NCBI GenBank assembly: GCA_046757025.1
Contig: JBHHXN010000138.1
Coordinates: 1 to 14,059 of the forward strand
DNA: 14,059 bases
Reading direction: 5' to 3'
Source: a bacterium
Lineage (GTDB): Bacteria; Zhuqueibacterota; Zhuqueibacteria; Oceanimicrobiales; Oceanimicrobiaceae
In this document: positions 1 through 5,438 of the stretch, piece by piece
Numbering within the stretch: position 1 is the stretch's first letter
How the letters are laid out: each line of letters opens with the position of its first letter
The notes under the pieces: model-generated
The model's input: only the letters and a program-made list of their open reading frames with translations
Told to the model about the DNA's origin: nothing
Database searches by the model: none
Made by a program: the position numbers and the translations under genes

Positions 1-23
1 TTATTATTTTTATTTTATCAAAT

Positions 24-428
24 ATGACTAAACTCAAAAAGACAATATCCTGGGGCATGCTATTGCCCGTACTCGTATTGAATTTTTCGCCTGGGCTGGC
101 AAATTCGTGTTCGTCTGTGGACGCTAAATCACAAATGAACTGCTGTGCCAGCATGAAAATGCAACCAGGCGAATTGAACCTCGAATTCACGACGTCTTCT
201 TGCGTATGTCATTTAACCGGGAATGACAATAGCGCAATACCAATTGTAAATACAACGATTAACACCAATCTGAATTCAAATGATCTTGTACAAAATATCA
301 TTTCTATGACGCCCTCATTGGGGCGAAGTTTAACCTCACTTGAATCGATATTTATTCATTCTAAATTTTCACTTAATCTCAAAAATCCCCCCAAGATCTA
401 TATTCTCAATGCGGCTTATCTAAATTGA
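24..428 (+). CDS. Secreted Cys/Met-rich hypothetical protein; candidate metal-responsive leader (uORF) protein
   Basis: Signal-peptide-like N-terminus (MTKLKK...LLPVLVLNFSPGLA), 5 Cys in C, CC and CxCH motifs with a Met cluster (QMNCCASMKMQ), low-complexity linker, C-terminal PPKIYILNAAYLN. Heads a run of metal-binding genes. Confidence 0.7.
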   Translation: MTKLKKTISWGMLLPVLVLNFSPGLANSCSSVDAKSQMNCCASMKMQPGELNLEFTTSSCVCHLTGNDNSAIPIVNTTINTNLNSNDLVQNIISMTPSLGRSLTSLESIFIHSKFSLNLKNPPKIYILNAAYLN

Positions 429-585
429 TTCCTCTCTGAAGTAAGCGAGTTCATATCCAGCAACTCAACAATTATCATTTTAGCATTCAAATGAAAATTC
501 GATTTATTTTGTTGGTTGCAATTATTCACGTAATAAATTTTTGTGATTTTTAATTGCAATTTGAATAATAATGATGGAGACTATC

Positions 586-888
586 ATGAAGGTCATTATA
601 TTTTCATTGATTTTATTTGTGTCGTTCAGCATCTTTATTGCATGTCGTAAAGAAGAAAAACCAGAAATACACTCGCATGAACAAGAAACCATGCATTCGC
701 ACGAAGAGCCAGGAACGGAAACAGCCATGGATGCCGATATGGTTATTGACCCGGTCTGTGGCATGAAAATTAACAAAGCCGATGCATACGGAACAGTTGA
801 ACATGATGGCAAAACTTATTATTTTTGTATGGAAGCGGATAAATTGGCTTTTGAGAGAAATCCTAACAAATATATCGCCTTTGAATAA
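586..888 (+). CDS. YHS/TRASH-domain lipoprotein with His-rich linker (putative metal chaperone)
   Basis: DPVCGM...HDGKTYYFC...F..NP.KY is the YHS signature; lipobox FIAC; linker HSHEQETMHSHEE. Start placed at ATG 586 because GGAG lies at 576-579. Confidence 0.88.
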   Translation: MKVIIFSLILFVSFSIFIACRKEEKPEIHSHEQETMHSHEEPGTETAMDADMVIDPVCGMKINKADAYGTVEHDGKTYYFCMEADKLAFERNPNKYIAFE

Positions 889-965
889 TCAACTTCAATT
901 TTAATCGGGATTACTCACAGCGATTGAGAGAGCAATCCCCGAAAAACTTAGAAAGGAAAATTTCA

Positions 966-1382
966 ATGAGTTTACTAAAATCGACACTTTTGGCTTTATT
1001 GTCAATCAGCGTATTGATCATTTTAGCGTGTCAAACTGCTGAGAAACCGGTTGAAAAATCCGCCATTGCTGAAAATACTGAAGCCATGGTTAATTTAACT
1101 CTCGAAGAAAGATTAGCAAACATTAAAAAGGATATCCATCTGGCTAAGGAGGAATTAGACTTAAAGGATAAGTATGATTGCTGCATAAGCCCGGCCTGCG
1201 ACTGGTGTTTATTGAAAGAGGGTTCCTGTGACTGCCGTGATAATTTGAGAGATGGCAAAGCCGTCTGTCCGGGTTGCGGATTGGGATGGCACAATGGCAG
1301 GGGTAAGTTGAGGGGCGTTACAGCCAGTCAGGTTAAATGGGAAATCACTCACGAGCATGCAGAAAGTGCGCATCAACATTGA
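966..1382 (+). CDS. Cys-rich lipoprotein of unknown function (8-Cys domain, His-rich tail)
   Basis: AAAGGA SD before ATG 966; lipobox ILAC; CC-x3-CxxC-x6-CxC-x10-CxxC; C-terminal THEHAESAHQH. Confidence 0.8.
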   Translation: MSLLKSTLLALLSISVLIILACQTAEKPVEKSAIAENTEAMVNLTLEERLANIKKDIHLAKEELDLKDKYDCCISPACDWCLLKEGSCDCRDNLRDGKAVCPGCGLGWHNGRGKLRGVTASQVKWEITHEHAESAHQH

Positions 1383-1467
1383 TCCTGAATAATGGATGTT
1401 TTGATTGTGAGTGAGAAATCTTATGTGGGTTAAAGAATAGATAAATAAATCGAAATGGATATTGATA

Positions 1468-3315
1468 ATGCTCTATTTCATAACCATAATATTTATTTTG
1501 CTCAATGCGGTCTTATCATTTGGACAGGAATCAGTCAAAATCGAATCGGTTTCCCCCAGACAAAATGCCCTGCATGCGCCGAGGGAAGTTAGCATCTGCG
1601 CCATCTTTACAGCCCCTATGGACACTGCAAGTATTACTGGCCAAACGTTTCTTGTCCGTGGCGAAGACAGCGGCCCACAAACAGGTATGGTATCGTACGA
1701 TTCCAGTACAAACACCACTTCCTTTAAACCCAATACCCCCCTTTTCGCCGGCGAGGTTGTGACTGTGACGTTGGCGAATAAAATTCAGACTGCCGAACAT
1801 CAGCCATTTGCCGGCTTTACCTGGCAGTTTACGGTGGAAGCATTTCAGGCGACACCGCCGTTTTTTGCGGAAGGCCGGAACGTGCGACTGCCACAGGCTC
1901 AGAAAACCTTATATACGGTTGATGTTGACGGGGACGGAGATTTGGATATTATTAGCGGACAACGAGCAACGGATGAACCTGTTACAGTCATCAGGAACGA
2001 TGGCAAAGGGAATTTCTTGCAACAAGAAACTTATAAATTAAGAGTTGATGCCCGCTCGATATTTGGAAATGACTTCGATAATGATGGCGATGTTGACCTG
2101 GTCGTAACAACAGCTCTTACAGAGGGCACGATAGCTGTGCTTTTTAATGATGGTAACGGTTTTTTTAACAGAGTTACCAGGTTCACTCAATCATCTAATG
2201 ATTCTTTTGGTACTGTTCGCGTACATGACGGAGATATCAACAACGATGGCTATGTTGATTTGATATATGTTTCAGTTCATCGCGATTCAGCTTTTGGATT
2301 GGTTGGATTCATGAAAAACGATGGTACTGGCAACTTTACTGAAACAAACCAAATCAAGCTGCGAAACAGACCTGGCCGACCAGTAATAGCTGATTTTAAT
2401 AACGATGGCTGGTTAGATGTAGTTGTAGGTATGCAATTTACTGTGGGGCAGTCAGAGTTTTGGAATGGAATGGGAATTTTTTTGAATAATTGTGATGGCT
2501 CTTTTGCTGAACCTCAATACTATACTTATTTCTTACGTACTGAGTCACTATATTCCAATGATTTTGATGGTGATGGTGATTTGGATATCGCTGTTTCGAT
2601 GAATCCGGAAGGCTTGTTGATCTACTTGAACGATGGCCAGGGTGCTTTCCCTGACTCGGTTGACCTCAGAGAGCGCGATTCAGTATTCAACATCTGGGGC
2701 GCAGACTTTGATGGCGATATGGATATTGATCTTTTAGAAACAGAAACCCCAAGCTTACCGGATGTTTTGTTACCTGTGATTCGACTGTACAATAATCCCG
2801 GAGATGCACAATTTTCAAGTTCTAATGCGGATATTCTGAAAATGTCTGACCTGAACCGTGGCTACGGATATCGGCCTGACGGTGGCGACCTGGATGGCGA
2901 CGGCGATATCGACCTGATAGTGCCGTTCGATTCCAGTGGCAGTTGGCTGAGTTTTTTCTTTAACCAGGCAGAGCCGCTGAGTGTTGAAGATGGTGCCGCC
3001 AACGTCCCGGATGATTTTGTCCTGGAGCAAAATTTTCCCAATCCGTTTAATCCCGAAACCAACATTGTTTTCGCATTGCCTGCCAAAGGCCGGGTAAAGC
3101 TCACCATTTTCAATGTGCAGGGTAAGAAAGTCATCACATTGCTGGATGATAAAATGCACGCTGGGCAGCATCTGCTGAAATGGGATGGCAAAAATGACAA
3201 GGGACAAACTGTTGGCAGCGGCGTTTATTTCTACAAACTCGAAGTTTTCCAGGGAAGGTTAAAAACCGGATTGAAACAATTCACGGATAGCAGAAAAATG
3301 CTGTTGCTAAGGTAA
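1468..3315 (+). CDS. Secreted Ig-like (Big_5-type) + 7x FG-GAP/VCBS beta-propeller protein with FlgD-Ig/T9SS-A-type C-terminal domain
   Basis: Signal peptide; N-terminal 'SVSP..NA...I.AIF..PMD..SI' Ig-like domain; seven DxDxDGxxD-type Ca-binding motifs (DVDGDGDLD, DFDNDGDVD, DINNDGYVD, DFNNDGWLD, DFDGDGDLD, DFDGDMDID, DLDGDGDID); C-terminal QNFPNPFNPET...WDG...SGVYFYKL...KMLLLR. Confidence 0.9.
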   Translation: MLYFITIIFILLNAVLSFGQESVKIESVSPRQNALHAPREVSICAIFTAPMDTASITGQTFLVRGEDSGPQTGMVSYDSSTNTTSFKPNTPLFAGEVVTVTLANKIQTAEHQPFAGFTWQFTVEAFQATPPFFAEGRNVRLPQAQKTLYTVDVDGDGDLDIISGQRATDEPVTVIRNDGKGNFLQQETYKLRVDARSIFGNDFDNDGDVDLVVTTALTEGTIAVLFNDGNGFFNRVTRFTQSSNDSFGTVRVHDGDINNDGYVDLIYVSVHRDSAFGLVGFMKNDGTGNFTETNQIKLRNRPGRPVIADFNNDGWLDVVVGMQFTVGQSEFWNGMGIFLNNCDGSFAEPQYYTYFLRTESLYSNDFDGDGDLDIAVSMNPEGLLIYLNDGQGAFPDSVDLRERDSVFNIWGADFDGDMDIDLLETETPSLPDVLLPVIRLYNNPGDAQFSSSNADILKMSDLNRGYGYRPDGGDLDGDGDIDLIVPFDSSGSWLSFFFNQAEPLSVEDGAANVPDDFVLEQNFPNPFNPETNIVFALPAKGRVKLTIFNVQGKKVITLLDDKMHAGQHLLKWDGKNDKGQTVGSGVYFYKLEVFQGRLKTGLKQFTDSRKMLLLR

Positions 3316-3350
3316 AAAGATGGAAAAGAAAGGAGGATAGGTTTACCCAC

Positions 3351-3394
3351 AAAAAAAGCGGTTGGGAGCGCCGGTCAAACGTTACCTAACCGCT
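3351..3394 (-). terminator. Intrinsic terminator-like hairpin with minus-strand U7 tail; may act bidirectionally
   Basis: AGCGGTT (3357-3363) / AACCGCT (3388-3394) stem with further internal pairing, adjacent to A7 at 3351-3357. Confidence 0.55.
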
Positions 3395-3493
3395 CGTATG
3401 TCCTTGAAAGGGTCCTTGTCCGGATGGTAGCCGGAGACAAAGGCCAGAAAAGCATGGCATTTCTGCTTCTTGCACTTTCCTCGTTTCAAGGTT
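3351..3493 (-). ncRNA. Candidate structured small RNA (~145 nt)
   Basis: Bounded by a sigma70-like promoter and the U-tailed hairpin; 8-bp closing stem CCTTGAAA (3402-3409) / TTTCAAGG (3484-3491) enclosing two hairpins; no ORF in the supplied track. Confidence 0.45.
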
Positions 3494-3497
3494 TATT

Positions 3498-3526
3498 AAT
3501 GTAACAACATCATTTTGGCCAATCAA
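3498..3526 (-). promoter_or_regulatory. Sigma70-like promoter (-35 TTGATT, 17-bp spacer, extended -10 TGtTACATT)
   Basis: Minus strand TTGATT (3526-3521), 17 nt, TACATT (3503-3498) preceded by TGn; predicted +1 near 3491-3494. Confidence 0.5.
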
Positions 3527-3536
3527 GGAAAATTTT

Positions 3537-3544
3537 TGTCAAAA
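3537..3544 (+). repeat. Left target-site duplication TGTCAAAA
   Basis: Identical 8-mer at 5415-5422, immediately outside the other TIR. Confidence 0.85.
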
Positions 3545-3560
3545 GGTAGTGTCAAAAGTT
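3545..3560 (+). repeat. Terminal inverted repeat GGTAGTGTCAAAAGTT
   Basis: 14/16 match to the reverse complement of 5399-5414 (CGTATTGTCAAAAGTT). Confidence 0.85.
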
Positions 3561-3652
3561 CTATGAAAAAGAGGGGGGGGAAATGAGATGGGAGTCTTGA
3601 ATGAGATTTTGCAGGGCGTGGGTGTTTTGGTGCAGGCGTTTTAGAGGCATGG

Positions 3653-3775
3653 GGGTAGCTACTGGTCAGACGACAAGGTCGTTTGGGAAGGCCGAAGTGA
3701 CCTTCCCATGTAGCCACCCATCCGGCTATCCCTCGGCGGGTCGCTCGCCAGCGTTGCCCGCTTCTGTTTCACCGG
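3653..3775 (-). ncRNA. Structured non-coding segment inside the IS, downstream of the transposase stop
   Basis: Minus-strand stems: GGGUGGCUAC/GUAGCUACCC (3719-3710 with 3662-3653) enclosing UGGGAAGG/CCUUCCCA (3684-3708) and a GACGAC/GTCGTT hairpin (3669-3683); separate hairpin GCGGG..CGCT/AGCG..CCCGC (3736-3761), possibly closed by CCGG/CCGG (3722-3725, 3772-3775). Confidence 0.45.
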
Positions 3776-3817
3776 GTGTTTAAAGATTAGGGAATGGGTT
3801 TGGGAAGTCAAGTATTT

Positions 3818-5298
3818 TTAAGCTGCGGCGTGTTGCCACGGCGCAGATACTCTTGCCATGTCGATGATTTTACACCATTTTTCCTGAATGGTTTCGATGA
3901 GTTGGATTTCAGGAATCGGGATGGGGACGTTATAGTTAAGCGCCATATGCGGTCTGAGGAAGTTGTAATGGGTGACAAACAAAGTGGTGAGTGCGACGGC
4001 GCCGTTTTGTGATTTAAAGCCACTGGCCGCACGGATATGATATTTGTAGGTTCTATTGAGTCGTTCGATGAGTTGTTTGAAATGGCGATAGAGTTCGGAT
4101 TCGGAGTCGAGGTTTTGCAGTCCAATGACTTTGTGATGTTGGATTTGGTTGTCGGGGTCTCTTTTGGCATTGATGAAGTGTAGTCCCGCCGGATAGGAAG
4201 GATTGCCATCGGTGATGAGGGCGATTTTCTGAGTTGGTTTGGCGGTGCGGATGGCTTCGGTCATCGCCACGGTAGCCGGCAGCGTGTCGCGGGAATTGGC
4301 GAGATGATAAGCGGTAATTTTGTGATTATGCGCTGAGATAAAAAAGAACGTGAAGGCATGTTTGCCGCAGATTTTGACATACGTTTCATCGCCGGCGTTC
4401 TCATCGTCGATATCGCCCTTAAACTCAAGGTTGAATTGATGGCAGTAGGGTGCGGCCGCCTCGGCATAGTTGAGTACGGTTTGGTAGGAGATAGGGATTT
4501 TAAAGACCTGCCTTAGGATTTGGGCGGTTTTTCTGGCTGCGATAGCAAAAGAGATGTGGAATGTGAGCACAAGACCGAGGACGTTGGGGCTATTGTAGAT
4601 TTTATCGAGGTCGACTTTCGAGGCATCGGGCGCGGCATGCAGCAAGTGTTCTTTGGTAAAATGAAATTGGCGATATTGATAACGCAGCTTGAATTGCGAG
4701 GATTTGGTTTTGCGCAGCGCTCTCTCTTGTGAATTGAGTTTTTTGCGGGCTTTCAAATAAGCCGGGCACTGGTCGTTGTCGCATTTGTAAATGGTGCAAA
4801 GTTTTTTCCGTTTCCAAAGGTAAAGGGCGTGTTTGCAATGAGGACACCAGTATTTGGTTTTGGGTTTTCTAAACGGCTTGTCAATTTGGGAAAGATGGTT
4901 GCAGACCTTGCAACGGATTTGTTTGCGAAGCTTGCCGTCATTGAAGTAAAGAAATTGGGCCGGCGCCTAGCAGTTTGGACACGCACAGCGTTGCGGTACG
5001 GTTTGCTCCGAGCCGCGATGCTGCACAGGCGTAAGCGGATATCCGTGAGCCTGTTGAAAGGCGACCAGCCGCTCTTTCCAATTTTCAGATGGCTTACTTT
5101 GAGGCTTGTTCTCAAGGGGTCTGAGCGGATCTACATAGAAGTTCCGGTAGTTCGGATGTTTTTTTTAAAGTCGTCTTTGGGCTTAACCTCAGGGTTGCGG
5201 TTGGCAAGCACGCCCTGTAGCTCTAAAACGATACGTTCGATTTGTTCGCGGTCAAACTTCGAACAAATCCAAATGACGAAACGGGATATTCGGTCCAT
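3818..5298 (-). pseudogene. DDE transposase (IS6-like, long type with two Zn-ribbons, ~493 aa if repaired), interrupted
   Basis: SD AGGTGGAG and ATG at 5298 give MDRISRFVIWICSKF...KDDFKK. A -1 shift at the A8 run (5159-5166) continues HPNYRNFYVDP...CPNC*APAQFLYFNDG...CKVC...CPHC...CDNDQC, in frame with the 3818-4756 DDE ORF. In-frame TAG at 4967-4969. Confidence 0.85.
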
Positions 5299-5398
5299 AA
5301 GCTTTCTCCACCTAAAAAACGTTCTAATTTAGGGGGAGGACAACAAAAACGCAAGTAATTATCGAAGAAAACAAAACTTAACTGAAATCTTAAGTTAA

Positions 5399-5414
5399 AA
5401 CTTTTGACAATACG
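5399..5414 (-). repeat. Terminal inverted repeat (transposase-upstream end)
   Basis: Reverse complement CGTATTGTCAAAAGTT versus GGTAGTGTCAAAAGTT at 3545-3560. Confidence 0.85.
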
Positions 5415-5422
5415 TGTCAAAA
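5415..5422 (+). repeat. Right target-site duplication TGTCAAAA
   Basis: Identical to 3537-3544. Confidence 0.85.
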
Positions 5423-5438
5423 AAAATGGAGGTTCAAA

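Larger units (their letters stand above)
3545..5414 (-). mobile_element. IS6-like insertion sequence, 1,870 bp, both ends intact, transposase interrupted
   Basis: 16-bp imperfect TIRs, exact 8-bp flanking direct repeat, internal DDE transposase (DETY...ITDG..SY...IER.NR) resembling the IS6/IS240 DDE domain. Confidence 0.88.

Noticed and set aside
491..553. 20-aa hydrophobic mini-ORF MKIRFILLVAIIHVINFCDF
   Set aside because: No SD; hydrophobic residues are expected from T-rich DNA, and it overlaps the inverted repeats.
1900..2920. Periodic repeats as a CRISPR array or DNA tandem repeat
   Set aside because: They are degenerate protein-level FG-GAP repeats with no identical DNA repeat-spacer pattern.
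3320..3340. Strong SD-like AAAGGAGG and mini-ORF MEKKGG after the FG-GAP gene
   Set aside because: No start codon at a usable distance from the SD; the 6-aa ORF has no support.
3455..3474. Sigma54-like TGGCA...TTGCA
   Set aside because: GG-to-GC spacing is 14 nt rather than the required 10. I noticed no convincing -24/-12 promoter in the intergenic regions inspected.
3465..3483. GAGGAAAGUGC on the minus strand, reminiscent of RNase P RNA motifs
   Set aside because: The segment is far too short and lacks the other conserved RNase P elements.
3523..4209. Short ORFs 3523-3717, 3601-3783, 3794-4012 and 3808-4209
   Set aside because: They overlap the IS end, the structured segment or the transposase in other frames, and show no protein motifs.
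4967..4969. Pyrrolysine or recoded TAG in the transposase
   Set aside because: TAG appears to serve as a normal stop elsewhere (7640-7642) and no pyl genes are in the window; a nonsense mutation is simpler.
4602..5420. ORFs 4602-4847, 4753-5115, 4829-5332 and 5223-5420
   Set aside because: Shadow frames of the reconstructed transposase N-terminal region.
5404..5432. Outward-facing TTGACA in the TIR forming a hybrid promoter for the protease
   Set aside because: The -10 position falls on TGGAGG (the RBS). The equivalent position at the other end also lacks a -10.
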